The notes: a model not told the origin generated them from the letters alone. Shown: positions 1-8,303, counted from the stretch's first letter. The stretch is 64,000 nucleotides of DNA from an uncultured Desulfarculus sp. (GCA_963665125.2 CAXXUK010000001.1:3040001-3104000), one strand, 5' to 3'. A program made the numbers and translations.

Positions 1-906
1 GATTGCCGCCTCGCGGTCGCCGGAGTCGGCCAGCCAGGCGCCGCGGTAGGCCAAGAGCTGGGCCGATTGCAGATAGGTGAGCATCTCGGCCAGCTTGAAG
101 CCGACCTCCTGGTAGGCGATGATGGGCTTGCCGCCGCTCTTGTGAGCCTTGGCATAGGCCAGGGCCGCCCCGTAAGCCCGCTCCAAAACGCCCAGGGCGG
201 CCATGGTCAGCACCTGGTCTTCCCAGGCGCGTAGCGCGCCCAGAATTTCGGCGGCGGGCAGCGGCCCGATGACCATGTCCGGGTCCACGGCGCAGTTGGC
301 CAGTTTGACCGGGGCCACGGCCACGCCGTCAAAACCCAGCAGGTCCAAACGCGGCCCGACGCCCAGGCCCGGCGAATCGGCGGGCAGCACGCAAAACACC
401 ACGCCTCCGGAGGCCGCGGCGGCCACGGCGATGTAGTCGGCCACCGGCGCGTTGATCACTTGGCCCTTTTCGCCGCTGATTTTCATGCCGCTGCCGTTGG
501 TTATGGCCTCGGTGGTGAAATTGTTGCCGTCCAGGCTCATGGTGTCTTCGGTAAGAGCCACCGCGCCGATGATATTGCCGGCCTTGAGGTCGTCCAAGAG
601 TTTGGCCTTGAGCGCGTCAGTGCCAAAGGTTTGGATCAAGCCGCCGAATACGCGGCTGCTGTACTCAAGGCCCATGAACAGCGAAGGCGACAGCTTGGCC
701 ACCTGCTCCTGGCAGATGGTCAGGTCGTGCCGGCTCTGGCCCAGGGCCAAATAGCCGGTTCCGGCCAGGTCGGCGGCCAGGGCCTTGAGGGCCCGTCCCG
801 AGACGTCGGACTTGAGTTCAGCCAGTTTGTCCGGGACCAGCGACTCCAGCGCGGCCTGGATCTGGGCCAACAATTGTTGTTGCGATTCTTTGAGATCGAA
901 ATTCAT
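1..906 (-). CDS. Acyl-CoA dehydrogenase family protein, 3' end runs off the window; degenerate FAD-binding motifs
   Basis: Absent from the ORF track because it has no stop in the window. Manual translation from ATG at 906: MNFDLKESQQQLL...IGAVALTEDTMSLD...ISGEKGQVINAPVAD...ALAYAKAHKSGGKPIIAYQEVGFKLAEM, the typical ACAD layout. Confidence 0.85.
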   Translation of the reverse strand, partial: MNFDLKESQQQLLAQIQAALESLVPDKLAELKSDVSGRALKALAADLAGTGYLALGQSRHDLTICQEQVAKLSPSLFMGLEYSSRVFGGLIQTFGTDALKAKLLDDLKAGNIIGAVALTEDTMSLDGNNFTTEAITNGSGMKISGEKGQVINAPVADYIAVAAAASGGVVFCVLPADSPGLGVGPRLDLLGFDGVAVAPVKLANCAVDPDMVIGPLPAAEILGALRAWEDQVLTMAALGVLERAYGAALAYAKAHKSGGKPIIAYQEVGFKLAEMLTYLQSAQLLAYRGAWLADSGDREAAI

Positions 907-951
907 GGCTTCCATCCATGTTCGAATTAATTCTTCTTTTTTCCTCGGGCC

Positions 952-2097
952 CTAAATCATCTTGGAGATGATCATCTTCTGGATTTCCGAGGTGCCGCCG
1001 CCGATGGGGGCCAGCCTGTTGTCACGCATGATCCGCTCCATGCCGTATTCGTGGCAGAAGCCGTAGCCGCCGTGGATCAGCATGGCCTCGTTGGCCGGCT
1101 TGAGGCTCCAGTCGCCGATGAACAGCTTGGCCACCGCGGCCTCCAGGTGGTTCAGGGGCCGCCCCTGGTCCTTGCACCAGGCGATGCGGTAGACCAAAGC
1201 CCTGGCCGCGTCGCCGAAGATGCGGATCTCGGCCAGCTTGCGCTTGATGGCCTGGAAATTGGCGATGGGCCTGCCGAACTGGTGGCGCTGTTTGGCGTAG
1301 GCCGCGCATTTCTGGGCCATGAGCGTGGTGGCGCCCAGGAACGGGGCCAAAAGCGCGCTGCGGTCCCATTCAACCGTCTGCATGGACATCAGGAATCCCG
1401 CGCCCTCGGGGCCAACCATGGCGTCGGCGCCTACCTCGCAGTCCGCGAAGAACAGCTCCGAGGTCTGGCTGGTGCGCACGCCCATCTTTTTAAGGGGCTT
1501 GCCGGCGGTGAAGCCGGGGTTGTCCTTCTCGACGATAAAGGCCGAAACACCGGCGTGGCGGTCGCCCTCGGCGTCGGTGCGGGCGTAGACCAGGCAGACA
1601 TCGGCCACCGGGCCGTTGGTGATGAAGATCTTGGAGCCGTTGATGACCCACTTGTCGCCCTTTTTCACGGCCCGGGTCTTCATGCCCGCCACATCGGAAC
1701 CGGCGTCTGGCTCGGTGAGGCCCATGCAGCCGATCCATTCGCCCGAGGCCAGTTTGGGCACGTATTTTTGTTTTTGCTCCTTGGTGCCGTGGACAAAGAT
1801 CGTATCGGCGGCCAGGAACGTGTGGGCGCCATAGGCCAGGGTCAGGCCGCCGTCAACTCCGGCCTCGCCCAGGGCCTCGCCGGCCAGCACGGTGGTGACG
1901 ACATCTGCCCCGCTTCCGCCGTATTCCTCGGGAAAGTGAAGCCCCAACAGGCCGAACTCGCCCAGGGCCCGGAATGATTGAAAGTCAAATTCGCCTTTGA
2001 GATCGTGCTCCTCGCACCGGGGCACGATTTCCTTTTTAGCAAAGCGAATCACCTGGTCTTTGAACATCAGTTGTTCTTCGGTGAACGCAAAATCCAT
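952..2097 (-). CDS. Acyl-CoA dehydrogenase, isovaleryl-CoA dehydrogenase-like
   Basis: MDFAFTEEQ start; CMGLTEPDAGSD, NGSKIFITNGP, RHQFGRPIANFQAI, IHGGYG and IGGGTSEIQK motifs. Confidence 0.93.
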   Translation of the reverse strand: MDFAFTEEQLMFKDQVIRFAKKEIVPRCEEHDLKGEFDFQSFRALGEFGLLGLHFPEEYGGSGADVVTTVLAGEALGEAGVDGGLTLAYGAHTFLAADTIFVHGTKEQKQKYVPKLASGEWIGCMGLTEPDAGSDVAGMKTRAVKKGDKWVINGSKIFITNGPVADVCLVYARTDAEGDRHAGVSAFIVEKDNPGFTAGKPLKKMGVRTSQTSELFFADCEVGADAMVGPEGAGFLMSMQTVEWDRSALLAPFLGATTLMAQKCAAYAKQRHQFGRPIANFQAIKRKLAEIRIFGDAARALVYRIAWCKDQGRPLNHLEAAVAKLFIGDWSLKPANEAMLIHGGYGFCHEYGMERIMRDNRLAPIGGGTSEIQKMIISKMI

Positions 2098-2139
2098 TGT
2101 GACCTCGCTGGTTACCGGTCTCAAAAAAAAGCCGCGAAC

Positions 2140-2559
2140 CTAGTCCGCGGCGGTTTCATCCTCGTTTTCGGCGGCCTCTAGCTCGGCCAACCGGTCATGC
2201 ATTTTTTGCCCCACCTCCAGTAGATCCTGGTGCATGAGTTTCATTTCCTCGATGCGGTCGACAACGTCGGCCATGATCCGCTCGCCGTAGGAGATGGCTT
2301 TGCGAATCTGCTCGGCCTCGTCCATGTCCACCGTGCCCAGACCGAGGATGTCCTCGATCTCGTCAAGGCTCATGCCGAAACGTTTGCCGCGCAGGATCAG
2401 CTTGAGGCGGGCCCTGTCCCTCTTGTTGTAGATTCGGTAGCCGCCGCCGCTGCGTTCGGGGCTCAGCAGACCCTTTTCTTCGTAAAAACGAATACTGCGG
2501 GTGCTGACGTCGAACTCCTCGGCAAGCTGGCTGATGCTCCAGGTCCTCTCCTCTGGCAT
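2140..2559 (-). CDS. liuR: MerR-family transcriptional regulator, LiuR-like
   Basis: SISQLAEEFDVSTRSIRFYEEKGLL...RLKLILRGKRFGMSLDEI is the LiuR-type HTH; lies upstream of acyl-CoA dehydrogenases with a matching operator. Confidence 0.8.
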   Translation of the reverse strand: MPEERTWSISQLAEEFDVSTRSIRFYEEKGLLSPERSGGGYRIYNKRDRARLKLILRGKRFGMSLDEIEDILGLGTVDMDEAEQIRKAISYGERIMADVVDRIEEMKLMHQDLLEVGQKMHDRLAELEAAENEDETAAD

Positions 2560-2576
2560 GTTGTCTCCGTCTTGGT

Positions 2577-2606
2577 GTCAACGTTTACGTTTACGTAAAC
2601 GTAACA
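2577..2606. promoter_or_regulatory. LiuR-type operator overlapping the minus-strand -10 region
   Basis: GTTTACGTTTACGTAAAC at 2583-2600 fits the LiuR consensus sTTTACGTwwACGTAAAs; partial copies offset by 6 bp on each side; minus-strand TTGACG at 2627-2622. Confidence 0.8.
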
Positions 2607-2729
2607 GTAGGGAAAGGCGCGCGTCAAGGGGAATTTATGCCGTTCAGGGTAGGAAACGACGTTTATTGATTTTGCGTTTATATACGGGAAGTTGAATATG
2701 GAATTGGCGCCTGGGGGGCGGATCGGACG

Positions 2730-2763
2730 GGGCGGCGCGCTGTTTTTCAGCAGCGCGCCGCCC
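2730..2763. terminator. 13-bp stem-loop downstream of pgk
   Basis: GGGCGGCGCGCTG-N8-CAGCGCGCCGCCC, 9 nt past the pgk stop. Confidence 0.6.
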
Positions 2764-2772
2764 AAGCCAAGC

Positions 2773-4083
2773 TTATTTGTTTTTAAACTGTTTAGCGTTT
2801 TCCATGAGCGCGGCCACCGGGGCCAGGCCATAGGGCGAACGCTCCTCGATGGCCTTGAGGACACTGCCGCCGCCGGTGAAGAAATAGTAATCCGCGTCGT
2901 CCAACACCGACAGGTACAGGCCGGGGCACAGGTCCTTGAACTCCTGGAGGGTGTCGCCGCCGCCGTAGAGCTTGATGGCCTGGCGGTTGGCGTCGATGGT
3001 GGTGTCCAGGGCCTGGCTTCCGGCGGTGAAGTGGGGCGTAAAGCCCATCACCGCGTTGACGAAGATGGTCTTGGCTCCGTGCAGGGCCTCGGCCACCTGG
3101 GGCGTTTGAAAAGACGTGGGCTCTATATCCAGGACATAGCCCATTTCCCGGCCCGGCTTCAGGTCGGCCACCGACACGGTGCGGTACTTGCCCTCTTCCC
3201 GGCCCAGGACATCGCTTTCGACGATCAGGGGCAGTTCCACGACCTTGCCCGCGTCCTTGTCTTTTTGCACCAGTTCCGTGGCCGCGGCGACGTCTTCGTC
3301 GGCCACGCCCTTGATGCGCACGCCGTATTTGGCGCAGAGATACGTGTTGTAGATCACCCCACCCAGGATCAGCTTGTCCACCTGCTCGTACAGGGCGTTG
3401 ATGGGCCCGATCTTGGTGTCGTACTTGGCCCCGGCCACCACAGCCAGGAAGGGCCGCTGGGGCTCCAACACGCTGGCAAGGTGCTGGATCTCGGCCTGAA
3501 GCAGCCAGCCCGCGTAAGACGGCAGATGTTTGGTGACATCCACCGTGCTGGCGTGGGCCTGCCAGGAGCCGAAGGCGTCGTTGACATAGATGTCTGCCAG
3601 GCCGGCCAGTTGCAGGGCCAGACTTTCGCGCATCTCGCCCTTTTGCTCCTCGCCCGCGAACCAGCGGGTGTTGGGCAAATAGATGCCGGCCGCCTCGCCG
3701 GAGCGCAGCTTTTTGATGGCCAGGTTGATGCTGGTGTCAATGGCCTGGATGCCCGTGCCGTCGGCCGGGAAGCTGGGCGTCAGGAAGCGGCTGTGCAGCT
3801 TGCTCTCCAGGTAATCGACAATGGGCTCGATGGAGCTGTCCTGGCTGACTTCGATTTCGCCGGTCTTTTTGTTGCGGGGCCGGCCCACGTGGGTCATCAG
3901 GATGGGGCGGCCGCCGCGCACCACGATGTCGAACAGCGTACCCAGGGTGCGGTCGATGCGGAACGGGTCGCGGATCACACCCTTTTTGACCACGTTGTGG
4001 TCAAAGCGGACCAACACTACCTTGCCGTTTAGATCGGCATCCTGCAACAGGGGCAGATCAGGGTGCAGGCCTTTACCGGCCAT
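2773..4083 (-). CDS. pgk: Phosphoglycerate kinase, divergent form
   Basis: GKVVLVRFDHNV, THVGRP, NTRWF, YVNDAFG, AGAKYDTK, GGGDT and TGGGSVL motifs. Confidence 0.88.
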   Translation of the reverse strand: MAGKGLHPDLPLLQDADLNGKVVLVRFDHNVVKKGVIRDPFRIDRTLGTLFDIVVRGGRPILMTHVGRPRNKKTGEIEVSQDSSIEPIVDYLESKLHSRFLTPSFPADGTGIQAIDTSINLAIKKLRSGEAAGIYLPNTRWFAGEEQKGEMRESLALQLAGLADIYVNDAFGSWQAHASTVDVTKHLPSYAGWLLQAEIQHLASVLEPQRPFLAVVAGAKYDTKIGPINALYEQVDKLILGGVIYNTYLCAKYGVRIKGVADEDVAAATELVQKDKDAGKVVELPLIVESDVLGREEGKYRTVSVADLKPGREMGYVLDIEPTSFQTPQVAEALHGAKTIFVNAVMGFTPHFTAGSQALDTTIDANRQAIKLYGGGDTLQEFKDLCPGLYLSVLDDADYYFFTGGGSVLKAIEERSPYGLAPVAALMENAKQFKNK

Positions 4084-4170
4084 GGCTATCCTCCAAGTTT
4101 GCGGTATGACTTACAGGACATTGTAGCAAGGTAATTTGACCTTTGGGTGACTAATAGGAGGCTGAATGCC

Positions 4171-4338
4171 TGGGCTTATGATTTCCTGCGCCGTGGCCCT
4201 ACGATTACTTGCACCTCGGCCCGTCCCTGGGCCAAGGTGCGGCGCTTCGGGCGGAGCAAGTCCGACCCGAAGCTTACGGCGCATGGCTTCGCGCTGCGCC
4301 GGGTCGGCCATCCATGGCCGACAATTCATAAAGCCACA
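4171..4338. repeat. Four-hairpin element closed by imperfect terminal inverted repeats (MITE/REPIN-like or structured RNA)
   Basis: Ends GGCTTATGATTT and AATTCATAAAGCC; internal hairpins at 4211-4240, 4244-4273, 4277-4301 and 4303-4322. Confidence 0.55.
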
Positions 4339-4380
4339 GTGTTGCTATTTTGGGGTGCATGGTCGGGGCCACAAGTGTTT

Positions 4381-4429
4381 GTTGGGGCATTGAGCACTGC
4401 CCCCGCTGTGGGAGCCCAAACATTGGGCC
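4381..4429. repeat. REP-like short palindromes
   Basis: GTTGGGGCA-N8-TGCCCC and GTGGGAGCCCAA-ACA-TTGGGC; the second has a 19/21 copy at 21831-21851. Confidence 0.4.
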
Positions 4430-4540
4430 ACCCGGCAATTCCCATATTCTTCTAGTTTTTAATCGGATTTTTCCGCCCCGCCTATCTTATAATATAAGCA
4501 TACGGATAACCCCCAAAAATCCCGCGAGAGGAGGAGGAGT

Positions 4541-4996
4541 ATGTTTATCAAGGAAATTGACCTTTTCCAGGGCCTGAGTCCCGGATTCATGAATGATTTG
4601 GCCGAGCTGTCACGCGAAGTTGAATACGGCCCCAACACGTTGCTCATTGAGCGGGGCAAACCCGCCGAGGTGCTTTACATCCTGGTGCAAGGCAGGATTT
4701 CCCTGTTCCTGGAGGGCGGCGGCTCCATCCACTACACCCTGGACACGCCGGGTCAGATCTTCGGCTGGTCGGCCATTGTCGAACCACATCTCTACACGGC
4801 ATCGGCCGTGACTTCTTCGACGGTGAAAGTCCTTGAACTGGACAGCGCGCGCATGCAACGAACCCTGGAGCGTTACCCTGCCGAAGCCTACCTTGTAATG
4901 AAAAGACTGGCCGGAGTTATCAGCCAGCGGCTGCAAAGCAGCTATGCCGAAGCGCTTCACTCCCGCTCGGCGGTCCCAATCCCATCCTACGGATAG
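4541..4996 (+). CDS. Stand-alone cyclic nucleotide-binding domain protein
   Basis: IDLFQGLS...LIERGKPAEVLYILVQGRI...GQIFGWSAIV; strong RBS GGAGGAG; no HTH. Confidence 0.85.
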   Translation: MFIKEIDLFQGLSPGFMNDLAELSREVEYGPNTLLIERGKPAEVLYILVQGRISLFLEGGGSIHYTLDTPGQIFGWSAIVEPHLYTASAVTSSTVKVLELDSARMQRTLERYPAEAYLVMKRLAGVISQRLQSSYAEALHSRSAVPIPSYG

Positions 4997-5030
4997 CGGC
5001 GATCCCATACTGCATCGGCGGTTGTGTGAA

Positions 5031-5052
5031 AAGGGGGCGGATGTGCCCCCTT
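5031..5052. terminator. Probable bidirectional terminator between convergent genes
   Basis: AAGGGGGC-GGATGT-GCCCCCTT. Confidence 0.55.
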
Positions 5053-5072
5053 GCGGATTTTCGGCCTTCAGA

Positions 5073-6116
5073 TCAATAAACCACCGTAATGGTGCCCGGA
5101 TTATCAGCCACGGCCCGGCCTATCACGGCGGCCATGTCTCCGGCAGCGGTCAGCATTTCCACGGCTTTGTCCACCATGTCCGGGTCCAGGCCCATGAGCA
5201 TGCCGCCCGAGGTCTGGGCGTCGGCCAGCAGGTCGGCCACGATGATGTCCTTTTCGCCCTGGTGCGCAACGGCCCGGCCGCAGAACGCCGCGTTGGCGTG
5301 GCTGCCCACGGGCACCAGGCCCATGGAGGCCATGTCCCGGGCATCGGGCAGGATGGGCACGTCGGCGGCCATTATCTCCAGGCCCACGCGCGAGGCCCTG
5401 GCCAGTTCCAGGCCGTGGCCCAGCAGGCCGAAGCCGGTGATGTCCGTGCCGCCGCTCACGCCACAGGCCTCCATGACCTCTCCGGCGGTCTTGTTGAGCC
5501 GGGTCATCCAGCCCACCGCCCGCTGGACGGCCTCTTCGGAGGCCAGGCCCGCCTTGAGGGCCGTGGCGATCACGCCGGTGCCCAGAGGTTTGGTCAGGAC
5601 CAACACCTGGCCCGGCTTGAGTCCGGCGTTGGTCACCAGCTTGTCCGGGTGGACCACGCCGGTCACCGACAGGCCGTATTTCAGGTCCTCGTCTTCCACC
5701 GAATGACCGCCGGCCATCACCGCCCCGGCCTGGTGGATCATCTCCAGGCCGCCGGCCAGGACCTGGCGCAACGTGGCGTGGGGCAGGGTCTTCACCGGAA
5801 AGCAGCAGATGTTCATGGCCGTGATGGGCCTGCCGCCCATGGCGTAGACATCGCTCAAAGCGTTCGTGGCGGCAATCTTGCCGAACAGATATGGATCGTT
5901 GACGATAGGCGTAAAGAAATCAAGGGTTTGGATCAGGGCCAGATCATCGCTGATTTTGAACACACCGGCATCGTCGGCCGTACCGGCCCCTACCAACAGG
6001 CGCGGGTCGGTCTCCTCCGGAAGGCCCTCCAATATTGCGGCCAGGTCGCCCGGACCTATCTTGGCCGCTCAACCGGCGGCTCTGGCTTTTTCGGCCAATT
6101 TGTATTCTTCGGCCAT
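5073..6116 (-). CDS. selD: Selenide, water dikinase (selenophosphate synthetase), selenoprotein with Sec at codon 16
   Basis: ATG at 6116 after AAGGAAAG; MAEEYKLAEKARAAG-TGA-AAKIGPGDL continues in frame into the 319-aa ORF (DDAGV, DFFTPIV, NALSDVYAMGG, GGHS, TDITGFGLLGH, DAQTSGG). TGA at 6071-6069 occupies the catalytic GUxxK position. Confidence 0.95.
6037..6068 (-). promoter_or_regulatory. Bacterial SECIS-like hairpin immediately 3' of the UGA
   Basis: mRNA GCGGCC-AAGAU-AGGUC-CGGGC-GACCU-GGCCGC: 6-bp lower stem, 5-bp upper stem, G-containing 5-nt loop starting 17 nt after UGA. Confidence 0.75.
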
Positions 6117-6131
6117 CGCTCTTTCCTTGAT

Positions 6132-6602
6132 TCAGCGGCGCAGGGTGGCCCGCAGGCGGCTGGGGTTGAGCAACAGACCCAGGGCCTCCAGCGGACCGGT
6201 GACGGCTATGTCCGCCGCGGTCAGGGCGGCCACGGCCGCGCCCTCGCCGCTGATTACGCATATGCCCAGGCCTGCCTCGGCCAGCATCAGCGCGTCGTTG
6301 GCGCCGTTGCCCAAAGCAACGACCTTTTCCGCGCCCAATTCCTGGACGATCTTCAGTTTTTGCTCGGCCTCGCCGCCTTTTTGGATGATCTGCAGACGCA
6401 CCGTCTCGCCGAACAGCGAACCGGCTGTTCCATAGGTGTCGGCGGTGATCAAGTGGCAGGTCAGGGTGGAGGCCAGTTCGGCCACGGCCCGGGCCACGCC
6501 GGGCATGAGTTGGCCGTCAAAGGCCACGGTGCCGTTGAGGTCCAGCACCAGATGCTCCAGGCTCAGGCCTGGCCGGCCGGGGATGTCCACATTCAGGGCC
6601 AT
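6132..6602 (-). CDS. HAD-superfamily hydrolase (soluble P-type ATPase-like, COG4087 type)
   Basis: LVLDLNGT, LITADTYG, K and ALGNGANDALML motifs. Confidence 0.85.
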   Translation of the reverse strand: MALNVDIPGRPGLSLEHLVLDLNGTVAFDGQLMPGVARAVAELASTLTCHLITADTYGTAGSLFGETVRLQIIQKGGEAEQKLKIVQELGAEKVVALGNGANDALMLAEAGLGICVISGEGAAVAALTAADIAVTGPLEALGLLLNPSRLRATLRR

Positions 6603-6612
6603 TTCGCAGTAC

Positions 6613-7506
6613 CTAGCTGGGCAGTTGCTGCTTGAGCAGCTTTACAAAGGCCTCTGCCGCCGGCGAATGGCTGCGCCGTTTGCGCAGGACCAGATAAAAT
6701 TTTCGGCTCAAATCCAGGCCGTCGATGTCCACGGTGGCCACCTTGCCCGACTCCAGATCGTCGGCCAGGGCCAAACGGCTGAGGATGCCCACGCCGACCT
6801 TTGCCCTCACGGCCTGCAACACGGCCATGGTCGAGCCCATCTGGGCGGCCACATTGAGGTCTTCCAGGCTCAGACCGGCCTGGCGCAGGGCCAGCCCCAG
6901 GCTGATGCGCGTGCCGCTGCCCACCTCGCGCAGGACCAGCGGCCACTCGGCAAGCTCCGCCAGCGCGGCCTTTTTTCCGGCAAGGGGATGGCCAGGCCAC
7001 ACCGCCAGGGCCATTTCGTCTTCCCAAAGCGGCTCAAAGCTCAACCGTTCTTCATCCAAAGTGGCGCCGACCACGGCCATCTCGATCTCGCCTTCGAGCA
7101 CCTTTTCCGCCATCTGGCCCGTGTCGCCAACGGTCAGGGTGATGCGCACATCGGGGTGTTCCTGGCGAAACGCGCCGATGTAGGAAGGCAAAATGTACTG
7201 GCCCGGAATGGTCGAACCACCCACCAGCAGGTCGCCGCTGAGCCTGCCCAGATAGGCGTCAACCGCCCGGCGGGCGTCTTCAACCATGGCCAGGATGTTG
7301 TGGGCGTAGCCGTAGAGCAGTTCGGCGGCCCTGGTGGGCAGAATCTCCCGGCCCAGACGGTCGAAAAGCACCACGCCCAAGTCCTCTTCCAGGGTCTTGA
7401 TGTGACCGCTCACCGTCGGCTGACTAAGCAGAACTTCCTCTGCCGCCCGGGAAAAGGAACGTCTTTCGTAAACCTTTGCAAAAACCTGGAGCCGTCGTAG
7501 ATCCAT
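6613..7506 (-). CDS. LysR-family regulator, CysL-like / selenium-metabolism-associated type
   Basis: SFSRAAEEVLLSQPTVSGHIKTLE HTH; GSTIPGQYILP and REVGSGTR motifs; adjacent to selD. Confidence 0.9.
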   Translation of the reverse strand: MDLRRLQVFAKVYERRSFSRAAEEVLLSQPTVSGHIKTLEEDLGVVLFDRLGREILPTRAAELLYGYAHNILAMVEDARRAVDAYLGRLSGDLLVGGSTIPGQYILPSYIGAFRQEHPDVRITLTVGDTGQMAEKVLEGEIEMAVVGATLDEERLSFEPLWEDEMALAVWPGHPLAGKKAALAELAEWPLVLREVGSGTRISLGLALRQAGLSLEDLNVAAQMGSTMAVLQAVRAKVGVGILSRLALADDLESGKVATVDIDGLDLSRKFYLVLRKRRSHSPAAEAFVKLLKQQLPS

Positions 7507-7577
7507 ATTCGAACCTATTGATATTTCCGTTTAGTAGTTATCGGCCTTATCAAGAATACCAACATCAAGACCACGGG

Positions 7578-8303
7578 TCAAGACTTGGCATCGGCGGCGG
7601 CCTGTTCCAGGTCGGCGATCACGGCGGCCAGGGCCCGGGCCTCCTCTTCCAGGATGCGGCGCCCCTTTTCGGCCGAGGCCTTGGAGGGGTCGCCCCAGAC
7701 ACCGCCGGGCCAGTGGGCCACCTTGTCCCGGATCAGCCTGAAGCGGGGAATGGTGGGATATTCCTCCGGCGCCGTGCCCTTGACCAACCCCGGCCACAGA
7801 TGCATGGCCAGGGAGGTCTCGACCTCTCCGGCGTGGCTGTCGCCACCGCACTCCAGGAACGATTTGGCCTCGCCAAGCAGGTCCAGAACGCAGACTACCG
7901 CCACCTCCAATCCGGTGGTCTCCAACAGGGCCTCGCCAGCCTCCACCAGGGCGCTCTGGTGGGTTCCGCCGGCGTGTCCGGTGAGCAGGCAGAGGCAGTC
8001 AACACCTTGACTATAAATTGCCGCTCCGATATCGTGTAACATACATCTGAGTGTGTCACCAGAAACGCCCAAGGTTCCCGGATGGTTGGCGGTGCTACGG
8101 CAAATACCGTAATACAGGGGTGGTAATACGAAACAGGGTCGGATGGCGGAAGTGGCCAGGGCCAGTTCCTGGGCATGCATGGCGTCGAGCCCCAAGGGTA
8201 AATGCGGGCCATGCTGTTCCACAACGCCGATAGGCAGTATTGCAGAGCGAATATCTTCACGGCGGGCGTCAAACTCAGGCATGGTCATTTCGTGCAGCAG
8301 CAT
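7578..8303 (-). CDS. Creatininase family protein
   Basis: LPIGVVEQHGPHLPLGLD, GHAGG, HAGEVETS and GVWGDPSKASAEKG motifs. Confidence 0.9.
   Translation of the reverse strand: MLLHEMTMPEFDARREDIRSAILPIGVVEQHGPHLPLGLDAMHAQELALATSAIRPCFVLPPLYYGICRSTANHPGTLGVSGDTLRCMLHDIGAAIYSQGVDCLCLLTGHAGGTHQSALVEAGEALLETTGLEVAVVCVLDLLGEAKSFLECGGDSHAGEVETSLAMHLWPGLVKGTAPEEYPTIPRFRLIRDKVAHWPGGVWGDPSKASAEKGRRILEEEARALAAVIADLEQAAADAKS

Noticed and set aside
5073..6032. 319-aa selD call, or selD as a pseudogene
   Set aside because: It omits the catalytic N-terminus; the upstream TGA sits at the Sec position with a SECIS-like hairpin.
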